DNA from: Paraspadella gotoi
Taxonomy: Eukaryota > Animalia > Chaetognatha
Direction: 5' to 3'
Length of the DNA: 64,000 bases
NCBI GenBank assembly: GCA_051294375.1
Contig: JBJCIZ010000744.1
Span: 1,416,262-1,480,261, forward strand
This document shows, piece after piece, positions 7,836-18,428 of this stretch. A model generated the notes under the pieces. That model was not told where the DNA came from, ran no database searches, and was given only the letters and a program-made list of their open reading frames with translations. Position 1 is the first letter of the stretch, and each line of letters starts with the position of its first letter. Made by a program: the position numbers and the translations under genes.

Positions 7836-10251
7836 ATGCAGCCCTCGATATCAAAACGCATAACCGGAGAAGTTGTTAAATCAATATTCCCTAAGATAAC
7901 CACCGTTCTATTAGACGCGGATGGGGTGCTGTGGGAAGGATCCCAGTCGATTCCAGGTATAGCGTCGAATCTTAAAATAAAAAAGTTTAATATATTTCTC
8001 GTAAGTGTTGTATTTAATTATCTTTATTTGGATATGCATTTCGATCGTTGATAATCATTTGAACAAATTTTTTTGTTTACTGTTAATTATCAATTAATTT
8101 TAATTTATTTTGATTTTAATTTTATATGAAAATTTTTTTTTACTTATATAGTTATAAGTTATATCTAATAACTCATTTTGGGAAGGGGAAGTCGGTGTTG
8201 TGGGAGCATCTATACAACACAAAGTTAGATTACAATCTGTCCTAGTTTTCTAATAGGTATCACACATCGTTCCTGTAAGAAAGTCATTAATGAAAAATCA
8301 TAATATCTAATAGACTGAACAGAAAGAGATGGGAATGGATAATTTTTTGAAGAGGAACCAAAGTTATATTTGATTTTTGACAATATAAATGGAACTATCG
8401 AGGCGAATTTTGATATACAACCCCTGTCAAGAGATACAGGGTCCTGCCAGCTTTTTTTGGGGTGCCAAAAAAAGCTAAAAATTTTTTTTGGTATTTTTAA
8501 AAAATTTTTACTAGCATCAAGTGCATTTACATTTTAAACATTTTAAAACTAAAATTGATGAATTTTAAATAATTAGACTATGGCAACAGCCGAGTTGTCT
8601 GTGATGCCCATTGGGATGGGGCATCTCACTGTTGGCTTTGGGAGCTTCCGACCCTCAGTGACGCCTCCAGTCACTGGCGCGGTTACCCTAGGACGGTCTC
8701 GCTTTGCCAACGCAGAGGGAAGTCGTTAGGACTGTGGATGGAACACTACGCCTGGGATGGTGTGTTCTCCCTCTGAGCCAATGGTTTTGGCTGAAGGATG
8801 GTGGACGTGAGGCGGTGTGAATATACCGCCACAAGACATCGTTTGAAGATGCATGGTTCATCGTTTTACAATTTTCCTAAATTATTCAAAATCTGAAGCT
8901 GAAAATTAAGGTAAACTAATATTTTTATTGTAATAAATACGTTTTTGTGGAAGAGTAAACGTCTGTGTAACTGTTCAAAACCAAAATAAACCATTTTTTG
9001 CCCCAATGGGTGACCCCTCCGGGGCCACATATCTCGGCTCAGGGGTAAAATATTGAAATTCTCCTCGATAGTTCTACTTGTATTCACATAGGGATCGTTC
9101 ATACCAAATTTAAATAAATTTGGTCTAGTAGTTTTCTCGGAACGAGTTATGGTGAAACTCAGTTCGTCCCATTGGCTTGGACAGCTAAGTACTCGTTAAA
9201 ATCCCCTCATGGTTACGCTGGCTAAAGTGTGATGGTGTCGACATAAACACGCCAGTGACATGGGGTGGTCACTGCAGGTCCAAAGCCCTGAGCGCCAGCT
9301 GTTGGGAGATGCCTCACACCCTAGGCATCACACATGTCCCCCCGTTGTCATAGTACCTCATTTTATAATATGAAGCCTTCTGTATATATATATGAACTTT
9401 TAAATTTTCACCTTTTTTTTTTAAATACAAAATCCGTTTCTTCAGGCTCAATCGAAGCCTTCAACAAGATGGTCGCCCTCGGCAAACGCCTCATCATCGT
9501 CACCAACAACAGCTCAAAGACTCGAGAAGAGTACAAACGCAAATGCGACTCCATGGGCTTCGTCGTCCCTTTGGAGAACATCATGTCCACCTCCTACGTG
9601 ACGGCTTGGTACTTGAAGAAGCGCCGCCTCCCGGGAAAGGTCTACCTCGTGGCCAGCGAAGCCGTGGCCAAAGAGTTAAGCGCCCAAGGCGTAGATCACG
9701 TCGGGTGCGGCCCGGACGAGTTGGAAGCCTCGGTGGACATCGTGGACTGGTCCAAGTCGAATCTCCGCCTCGAACCCGACGTCTCCGCCGTCGTCGTCGG
9801 CTTCGATCGCTTCTTCAACTACATGAAGCTCTTGAAGGCCTCTTCCTACGTCCGCGGCGGCGGCGCCCTCTTCGTGGCCACCAACGAGGATCAGCAGATG
9901 CCCGTGGGCGAGAGGGTCGTCATTCCCGGCACGGGATCCCTCGTCGACGCCGTCAGCTGCGCCGCGGATCGTCAACCGGACGTCGTGTTGGGGAAACCGC
10001 ACGGGGCGATTATCGAGTGTTTGTCCGAGATTCAATCCATCGATCCTTCCGAGACGATCATGATCGGGGACAGACTCAACACGGACATTCTCTTCGGCGC
10101 CAACAATGACATACGGACCGTGCTCGTCTTGACCGGATGTTCTCGGCTCGAGGACGTCATTCGCTGCGAAGGCGCCGACGGAGACTCGGAACGGCGACAG
10201 GTGCCGACCTTTTACGCGGAATCCTTGGGCGAGATCGGGGAGATGCTTTGA
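7836..10251 (+). CDS. PGP: HAD-IIA phosphoglycolate/glycerol-3-phosphate phosphatase; exons 7836-7956 and 9446-10251
   Basis: Motif I LLDADGVLW, plus VTNNSSK, GKP and MIGDRLNTDILFG...VLTG. GT at 7957 and CAG at 9443-9445, phase 1. Confidence 0.85.
8579..8833 (-). mobile_element. 255-bp LTR-like element with 4-bp TSD and an internal twister ribozyme
   Basis: AGAC direct repeat at 8575-8578 and 8834-8837. Minus-strand termini TGTGGC...GCCATA. About 8 differences from the copy at 52444-52698. Confidence 0.9.
8631..8711 (-). ncRNA. Twister ribozyme, type P5 permutation
   Basis: Minus strand reads GUUGGC AAA GCGA GACCG UCCUAGGG UAA CCGC GC CAGUGAC-UGGAGGC-GUCACUG AGGG UCGGAAGC UCCC AAA GCCAAC. 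This parses as P5, P2', GA+T1', P1, U^AA, P2, T2, P3, P4/L4, P5'. T1 is CGG:CCG. Predicted cut between 8685 and 8684. Confidence 0.85.
9193..9352 (+). mobile_element. Diverged relative of the twister element (160 bp), sense to PGP
   Basis: Shares the P3 stem CAGTGAC/GTCACTG, the downstream GATGCC...GGCATC hairpin and the 3' end GTTGYCATA with the 255-bp family. Candidate TSD GTAC at 9189-9192 and 9353-9356. The 5' end lacks TG, so that boundary is less certain. Confidence 0.65.
9217..9299 (+). ncRNA. Twister ribozyme, type P5 permutation
   Basis: GCUGGC UAAA GUGU GAUGG UGUCGACA UAA ACAC GC CAGUGAC-AUGGGGUG-GUCACUG CAGG UCCAAAGC CCUG AGC GCCAGC. P2-P5 are fully Watson-Crick, T1 is CCA:UGG and T2 is GC:GC. 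Predicted cut between 9244 and 9245. Confidence 0.9.
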
Positions 10252-11298
10252 TATTTTTTTTTTTCCGGGAGATGCTAAAGACTTTTTAGTAAAGAGACAT
10301 AGGATATTGTATGAGAGAGAGAGAGACAGACAGACAGACTTCATCGTAAATGAATGGCCACTCGATTGGTTTGACGTGGTCCTCAATGTTTTAATTTTTT
10401 TTGGGAGATGCACTAATTTGGCGGAAAGGGCGGGGAAAAGGGCTGGGGGGGCGGTAAAAACGTTTGAAACGGTTTTAATTTTGTGAATTTAATCCTTTGT
10501 CAACTTTTATTTGGACGAAGGAGTTCCTCGTTTTTGTTTATTCGAAAAGAGACTTCTAGTCATTGGATACTGGTTTCGTGGTTTTGGACTTTAGACGTTG
10601 GACAATGGACGATTGGGCATTAAGGCGGGCCAAAATTGAACACTTTTTATAACTTCTAATTCTCTCAAAGAAATTTCTTTTATCCTTCCATTACTAAATC
10701 GATTTTCAATGCAACTTTTTGAATTAGTTCATTGGGTTGTTGCACTGAAGCTTTTAAATATTTATTAATATATAACAAATGACAAAAATTTTTTTTTAAA
10801 AATTTATTTTTTAAGAATGGATTCTTATAAAGCTTGAAAAATTAAAGGAAAGTTAGTACTACAATTTTTTAAAATTTTGACAAGAAATAGGTTAAAAAAA
10901 AAAAAAAGTTAAAAAATCATCATCATCATCATCATTGGCTGAATTTTATGGTTTTTTAAAATTGTGATCAATAAAAGAAAAAAAATTTAAAAATTTGTAT
11001 TAATAACCTTTATCTAACTTTTAAAGCTCTATCAGAATCTATCAAAAAAAATTGAAAAATTCAAAAAAAATTTTTTAAAATAATTTTTATTTTCATATTC
11101 TCTAACAGTCACTTTACCATTATTTATTTGAGAGAACTTCTAGTTTTCAACCTGTTCCGGCCTATTGGGCATTTTACACCTTTGACAAGTTTTTTCGTTG
11201 TTTAGTACCGTTTTGTTTAGTACTGTTTGGTTTAGTAATTAGTACCATCGCAGGAAAACGGATTGATCATTAGACTTTTCCGCCTTTTCTTCTCTCTC

Positions 11299-11336
11299 GA
11301 CCAATCAGAGAGGTGGCTTCCCTCACGGAATCGACG
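11299..11336 (+). promoter_or_regulatory. CCAAT-containing repeated motif upstream of BTB gene 1
   Basis: GACCAATCAGAGAGGTGGCTTCCCTCACGGAATCGACG. Related copies at 27023-27098 (minus) and about 25935-25965. Confidence 0.4.
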
Positions 11337-11570
11337 GTAGAGAGAGATCAGAGATCAGAAACGAGGCAGTCTTCAACTTACCCTTAAGAAACTCGCATCA
11401 AAATTCCCCAAGCTCAGAAATAATTTCGTCACAATTGTTGATAAAGCATCGATTGTTCACTGTTTATTATTTATTGAATTATTTACTAATTTTCTTTTGA
11501 TAATTTCTAATCATTTTCTTAGTCAAGTTGATTATTCACCGTAACCAAAGACATACCTTTACCATTCTCT

Positions 11571-13379
11571 ATGGATAAAATCACCGACAATGCTTTTCAA
11601 TCTTTGAGCATCGTCGACGGATCCGCTGCAGCCAGTGACGACTTTGACGTGACGCTGCGCGGATGCGACGGCGTCTCCGTCCGCGCCCACCGCTGGGTCC
11701 TCCGCCGACGATCGAAATACTTTGACTCGATGTTCCGATCCGGCCCGGCCGACGCCGAGCCGCACTTCGGAGAGATTTCCGGCGCCGTCCTCGGGAAAGT
11801 CGTCGAGTTCTTCTACAAAGGCGCCTTGGAGGCGCCCCCGGATCTCCTCGACTCCATCACCCGCGCCGGCGACTATTTCGAGTCTCAGGAACTCGTGGAA
11901 TACTGCGAAATAAAAATCTGTCGTCGTTTGATCGAGGAAAAAAAGAAAAATCTTTCCGAAGAAAATATTTTCTCCGTCGTCGAAAGCTTTATGTTGGCTT
12001 GTCAGCTGAATCTCTATCGCCTCAAGGAATACGCCAAGGAGACCCTCGTGCGTCATCTTCATAAACCCCGAATTCTGTCCAAGTTGACGAGGGAATTCCA
12101 GGATTATCGCTACGTCGAAGACCTCTGCCGACTTTTCGGAATCAACGTCGCCGTGAAATTGAAAAAGGAGACGAAATTCTTCGAGGATGAGTTTTGGTGG
12201 ATGATGATCGAGGGATTTAAATTCGTCGACTCTCGCCTGAGAATCGCCTTGTCCCTTCAGGAGAATTTGAGAGGGATCGAGGCTTACGAGTTGTACTTGA
12301 ATCACGAATCGGATCGTTCGACCCTTCGGTCGCAATTTCAGATGAGACCGAAGGCGGAGAAGAGAGAGAATTGTTTATACGATCCTTTATCGAGGAAGGT
12401 GGTGGAAGTGATCGAGGAGAAGGAGTCGAGCAACTCGTTCCGATTCAAATGTCGCGACACTGGAGAAAAAGATTTCGTCGGCGCGGAATTTCGCGTCTCC
12501 TTTCCCGAGATCGACTCCGATCCTAAAATAGAACACGTGAGCCTCTTCGGCAATTACGCCTTTGTCGTCACTCATCGAACTATCGTCGTCTTTTCTTTGA
12601 TCGAAAGGAGAATCCTTCGAACTTTCCACATCGACGAAATGTTGGGAAATCCCTTCGATCTTCGAGTCGTGTGGATGAGCATTCGCGGAGGATTGGCCAT
12701 TTTGTACGTGAAGGCGACGTTCGGCGGCGCCCAAGAGGCAGAACGTCCTTACAACTTCGTCTTCTACTTTGACGCGTCCGACCCGGAAATGGTTCGCTAC
12801 ATTTCCCGTTGGAGTTGCTCCAGGACGACTCGTTTCGCTCTGGATTTTTTCGATCGTTTGGTGAAAAGAGAAGACGATTCTCACTGCCTCGTCTACCAAA
12901 GATATTTGTCCCCCGAAGTTACTCCCTTTGAAATAAGCAAATCGTTTCATCCTATTCGCATAAAACTCGGCCGCGGTTACTTTTGGTGCAAAGATTGCGA
13001 CAATATCCTCGCTTACGATGGTTTGGAGAGCACCGTGGGGGCATTCAAGTTACCCGCGCTCCAGTTCGGATTGCGAAGGTTCGCCGTTTTGCCCGGACCC
13101 GACGATCTTCTGGCCATAATTTACGTATATGACAATTCCATAGCTTGGGTCGTCTCGGATCTGAAAAAGGATCTGAAATGGAGCGAAAAGTTAACTATTG
13201 ACAATTATTACAAGGTAGTCCGTATGAAAATTCCAGTGATGAAGTCGAGTAGAATTAGCAAATTACCCTTCGTCGGCGCCGAAGCCGCACATTTCTACGG
13301 CGATGAAGTCGTCATCCAGGCGAACTCCGAGTTTTTTAGTTTTGTCGTTATTCGTGAACAGCTTTCGCGCTGTGCGTAG
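11571..13379 (+). CDS. BTB/POZ-domain protein, intronless (602 aa)
   Basis: DVTLRGCDGVSVRAHRWVLRRRSKYFDSMF...VVEFFYKG is a BTB signature. The C-terminal region is beta-rich. Confidence 0.85.
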   Translation: MDKITDNAFQSLSIVDGSAAASDDFDVTLRGCDGVSVRAHRWVLRRRSKYFDSMFRSGPADAEPHFGEISGAVLGKVVEFFYKGALEAPPDLLDSITRAGDYFESQELVEYCEIKICRRLIEEKKKNLSEENIFSVVESFMLACQLNLYRLKEYAKETLVRHLHKPRILSKLTREFQDYRYVEDLCRLFGINVAVKLKKETKFFEDEFWWMMIEGFKFVDSRLRIALSLQENLRGIEAYELYLNHESDRSTLRSQFQMRPKAEKRENCLYDPLSRKVVEVIEEKESSNSFRFKCRDTGEKDFVGAEFRVSFPEIDSDPKIEHVSLFGNYAFVVTHRTIVVFSLIERRILRTFHIDEMLGNPFDLRVVWMSIRGGLAILYVKATFGGAQEAERPYNFVFYFDASDPEMVRYISRWSCSRTTRFALDFFDRLVKREDDSHCLVYQRYLSPEVTPFEISKSFHPIRIKLGRGYFWCKDCDNILAYDGLESTVGAFKLPALQFGLRRFAVLPGPDDLLAIIYVYDNSIAWVVSDLKKDLKWSEKLTIDNYYKVVRMKIPVMKSSRISKLPFVGAEAAHFYGDEVVIQANSEFFSFVVIREQLSRCA

Positions 13380-13623
13380 TGAGTTCGCTGAACAGTGAAA
13401 CGGGAATTTTTTTTTTCTTCCAAATTTGTATTACGGGTATCACAAAATTTACCCGAGCGAGAGATGCGCTTATGAGAGCGTAGTGAAAGTTATGCTGTTA
13501 CAATCAAATTTTGGATTCAATTTTTACACGATTTTCAAATCAAAAATTTCTACATCGTTATAACTTTATGAAATTTAGACCACTATTCTTTACTTAATTC
13601 TTTTTTTGGAAACTCTCTCCTTT

Positions 13624-13658
<35 letters not shown>

Positions 13659-14068
13659 CTCTCTCTCTCTCTCACTAGATAGACAAGTTATCTGGTCGTT
13701 TATAATGTTATTTTAAATATTTTTACATTTACTGATAGGAAATGATGTCAATATTGTTTATGTAACATTTCAAATCAATCGACCCACGCGTTGAAAAATA
13801 ATCAACAATTCCACGCCCAATTTTTAAAACAAATCTGCGTTCGTTAAATTTTCTTTTTGGTTCCACTTAAATTTTTAGCTTTTGCCGAGTGACTTCATTG
13901 GTAATAAAAAAATTGATTTTCTTTGATATCTTTTGAACCAAAAATGATAGAACGATAAGACTGGTATCATATTAAAAGCCATTGTGTTAATCCTTTCGGC
14001 TTCGTTGAGTATAGAGATTTAACAAAGTTTGGAAATGTTTTCGTCAACGATTTTTTTATTAGTATACG

Positions 14069-14104
14069 GACATGTTTCGACTCTTCATTTCGAGACTTCA
14101 TCAG
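14069..14104 (-). ncRNA. Minimal type I hammerhead ribozyme (one stem II mismatch)
   Basis: Minus strand CUGAUGA A GUCUC GAAAUGAA GAGUC GAA ACAUGU C. Confidence 0.6.
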
Positions 14105-15313
14105 CGGTAATGATGCATTAACAAATTTGTGTAAAAGAAGGAGAGAGAGAGAGAGTGAGAGAAAGAGAGAGAGAGAGAGGGCCAAAAGTTTCCAACACAG
14201 AGATAGTTGTTAAAGAATGAGTACAGTTTGAATTGAGGACAGATCAGTTGTGAAAAGGAGTGAAATGGTCAATTGGTGAAAGAGAGAGAGAGAGAGACAG
14301 AAGGAGAGAGGGAGAGAGAGAGAGAGAAAAACAGGGAGAGACAAAATAATACATTATGTAATGTACAACAAAGAATAAATTTAAACTAATGGTGAATTTA
14401 ACAATTATTCTAGTAATAAATAGATAGTAATGAAAGGAAAGAAAGTTTTTAAATGTGAAATGATACATTTTGTGAGGGATAGATAAGTGAATATTAAAGT
14501 GAAAAATTAAGAATTAAGATAGAGCTCAAAATGATTCCTCTCCCTTGATTGTAGCAACTCATTCCCTCTCTCTGGGGAATGAGCGCCGCCCAAAAGGACG
14601 GCTACGGAGGAGGGAGAGGAGTCCACCACTCCTGTTGCAAAAGCGGCAAGAACGGACAACCGCCCGCCTCGCCAGCAGGCGAGAAGGGGGCAGTCGGCAG
14701 GTGTACCAGGCCAGAGAGACATTCGAGTCGCACTTGGTCTCTTCCCGCAAGGAAGCTTACCTAATGCAACGGCAATGAACTCAACAGAATTGTCATCTCA
14801 ACCAATGACGCGTCAATGATCCGGCTTCATCGTTAAAGCCTTTCATTTGCATAAACCAAGGGGGCCAGCTCATTTTGAGCTCTATCTTAATTCTTAATTT
14901 TTCACTTTAACATTCACTTATCTATCCCTCACAAAATGTATCATTTCACATTTAAAAACTTTCTTTCCTTTCATTACTATCTATTTATTACTAGAATAAT
15001 TGTTAAATTCACCATTAGTTTAAATTTATTCTTTGTTGTACATTACATAATGTATTATTTTGTCTCTCCCTGTTTTTCTCTCTCTCTCTCTCTCCCTCTC
15101 TCCTTCTGTCTCTCTCTCTCTCTCTTTCACCAATTGACCATTTCACTCCTTTTCACAACTGATCTGTCCTCAATTCAAACTGTACTCATTCTTTAACAAC
15201 TATCTCTGTGTTGGAAACTTTTGGCCCTCTCTCTCTCTCTCTCTTTCTCTCACTCTCTCTCTCTCTCTCTCTCTCTCCTTCTTTTACACAAATTTGTTAA
15301 TGCATCATTACCG

Positions 15314-15349
15314 CTGATGAAGACTCGAAATGAAGAGTCGAAACATGTC
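15314..15349 (+). ncRNA. Minimal type I hammerhead ribozyme of the Penelope-associated kind
   Basis: CUGAUGA A GACUC GAAAUGAA GAGUC GAA ACAUGU C. Perfect stem II, palindromic ACAUGU in place of helix III, and a GUC cleavage triplet. Confidence 0.75.
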
Positions 15350-16633
15350 CGTATACTAATAAAAAAAAAATCGTTGACGAAAACATTTCCAAACTTTGTT
15401 AAATCATATTAAAGCCATAATTATGGGGCATCTTTTCCATATAATTTTTTTCAAATATTTCCACGGATTTTTTAAAAATCTGGATCGGAATCTTAGTCAA
15501 AAGTATAACAACTTTTGAAATTAAATTAAACACACTTGGCTGTATTTAAAAAAATAAATGAATATAGATTCTGAAAGAGAAATGATTGAATTATGTTTCT
15601 GATATAAACAAAAATTTTCTATACCTCAAATGTTTATATAATTACTAAGGATAATAAATTATCATTTTGTTGAAAACAAAAAAATTTAAAAAATTCATGA
15701 AGGAACCTTAAAAAACATATAATTTAAATATGAAAATTTAGGAGTTCAAACTTTGTTCCGGCTGATTTAAAAACTACTGACATAGGGCTAAAAGGCTGTA
15801 TTATCAGATTTTTAAATTTTTGTCATCTTCAGGTGCAAATTAAAACCTTTGCATAATGCCCATTAGCTATATTAATATAACTATTTTTTATTAAAAAAAG
15901 CATAACAATCTTTTAATAACACGCAAATGCATGTAGCTGTATGGTAAAATTGTTGTTTTTATTTTTTATTATAATACAAGGCTTTTATCAATAAAGGGGT
16001 AAATTGCAAAGAAAAATAAGTTATTTCAAGGCTCCATATTGATACTATGATATCAATGAATTTTCTTTGTTCCGGCAACGAAATGTACCTAAGACATTGT
16101 AGTTTCATTAGCTAATCTTTATTTTTATAATTTTAAAGGGCATGTTTGGCAAAAACAGTAAGAAACAAAAATGACAACAAATTTTGAGAAAAAAAATTGG
16201 ATTAATTGTTATTATTTCTTACTATGTCGTCAATTTATTTTTTTCGTTATGTGCTTGAAAGTTAGGCTAAACCCAACAGAATCGGAATCAGTGCATGACA
16301 GCTGTATATTTAATTGACTTATACAGTAAATACCGCAAAATAAAAAAAAATTAAAAAGAAATTCAGACCAAGCGTCGTGTTTATTTTCAGTATTTTTTAG
16401 TCAAGACCTTTATGGATTTTCTTTGTTCCGGCGGCGTTGGATAGCCCAAACACTGCAGTTTCAGAAATCATCCATGGTTTTGTAATATTTACTGCGCTAC
16501 TGGTGCAAAAATTGCTAGGAACCAAAATTATCAGAAACGCTTCGTTCTTTCGGATTTTTTTTAAGCGCGGAGCGACATATCTACTCTCACCAACTTGATG
16601 TTTGTGAAAAAATGAAATGAGTGATTTCAAACG

Positions 16634-16662
16634 CTGATGAAGACTCGAAATCGAATCGAAAC
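16634..16662 (+). ncRNA. Degenerate third copy of the hammerhead core
   Basis: CTGATGAAGACTCGAAATCGAATCGAAAC. The cleavage-site strand is missing. Confidence 0.45.
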
Positions 16663-17673
16663 AAAAATAAAATTGTTGTTTCGCGAAAAACTTTCGTCTT
16701 TCTTAAAAGAAATTTAGATACTAATTTAGATACTCATTTCCGATGCATTACAGAATGCCTCGTATTATAAAATGATATCGGGTTTTCATCTGACCAGACG
16801 CGGTTCCCACTAAACTACCTCATGGAATTTATTTATTTAAATTTTGTTTGAATTTTAACGACTAAATACATAGAATTAACGAGGCGAATTTTGAGATTCA
16901 ACCCCTGATTCAGGACCCGATTCAGGACCCTTGGGCTAAACTTTTGACTATTTTTTGCTTCTATGGATGACCCCCTTAGGGAGCCTGGCCTTAATAGTTC
17001 TATTTGTATTCCCATTCAGAACCATGTGTGGCCGGAAAAAGGCCCGATATAATTTTATAATATGAAGCCTTCTTATATGCAACTCTAAAAGTAGTATGAA
17101 ACCAACACTTCCTCCAGTTTATAGTTTAGTCTTGGTTGTTGTTGTTGTTGCTTTTTATTATTTTTTAGATATTTTTACCGTTGTATGCAATTAAATTTTA
17201 CTCTTCGACCTCATGACTGAAGTTGGTATTTTTTATAATTAAATAGAATTTTAATTTACATATTATTTTTTCCTATGCGTTGTAGGTGGTTAGGTAGGTA
17301 GGTAGGTACATAATCCCTGTTTTTAGAATTATGTATTTATTGTCGTACACAAAACATTTCGGCTCAATAACTTTTGAGTTAATTTTTTTTTTTTTATTGT
17401 TCATTTCAAAAATTACTCTTACAATGACAATTTTCATCCTGTTAATCAAACGTTAAGATTTAAATATTAATTTTTTTTTATTTTAATTTTACTTTTTTTT
17501 CTTAATCATGAAACTTTTTTTTTCACACGATGCTCATTGTTAAATGTTACACTTTTTATCGTTTTAAATAAAAATAGTTTATATTTAAAAATATAGTTTG
17601 AAATAAATGTTCTTCGTTTTTAGGCACTAGTTTCGTTTTATCCGCAATCAAAGAGTGACTCCCTCCAATCGTC

Positions 17674-18395
17674 ATGGTCAAACTCGTGACCAACTCGTTG
17701 CGCCCTCTTTTTTCGTCGACCGACGACAGAAACGATTACGACGTGACGTTGCGCGGCTCCGATGGCGTCACCGTCCACGCCCACCGCTTCATCCTCCGCC
17801 GGAGATCGGAATACTTCGACGGGATGTTCCGCTCCGGCCTCCTTGACGGAGATCCCGTCTTCCATCAATTCTCCGGCGCCGTCCTCGAGATGATCGTCCA
17901 GTTTCTCTACGAAGGCCGAGTCCAAGTCGCCGAGGATCAGTTGTTCGCCTTGATCGACGCCGCCGATTATTTTCGGATCAAACGGTTGGTGGATCTTTGC
18001 GAGATTCGCGTCTGTCGCTCCTTGGATTCGCCCTTCAACGACGATGGTCGGGATTGTGGCCAAGAAGGAGTTTCTCTCGAATCCATCGTGGAATACTTCG
18101 TCCTCGGTTGTCGTCTCTCTCGTTATCGATTGAAGGCGTATTCCTTGGAGGCGCTCATGCCTCGTCTCCACGAATTCGGAGTCCTCTCCGCGTTGACGAA
18201 CGACTTCGCCGAGTATCGCTTCGTCGAGGAACTCTGCCGACTCCACGGGATCGACGTTGAGGCGCGGATGAAGAGGGAAAGGTCTCTTCTTTCTCAACAT
18301 TTATTGTTTCAGATTAGGAGCGATTTTCCAATAGAAAGAGTTTTCAATGTTAAGAATGTGACCAACTGGTTTACTTTGGAGAATGAGAATAGTCC

Positions 18396-18428
<33 letters not shown>

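Larger units (their letters stand above)
8161..9385. mobile_element. Composite non-autonomous repeat (possibly Helentron/DINE-like) hosting the two twister elements
   Basis: 8161-8370 recurs in inverted orientation at about 48605-48832. Internal inverted repeat GAACTATCGAGGCGAATTT (about 8392) versus AAATTCTCCTCGATAGTTC (about 9056). Related pieces near 16870-17072 (shared TTTTATAATATGAAGCCTTCT) and near 20990. The class assignment is inference. Confidence 0.45.
14016..15405. mobile_element. Long inverted repeat (arms 14016-14534 and 14870-15405) with hammerheads; probable Penelope-like element remnant with inverted pLTR
   Basis: The arms are near-identical reverse complements, differing mainly in (CT)n length. 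The spacer is about 335 bp and more GC-rich. Each arm has a hammerhead core near its outer end. Confidence 0.75.
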
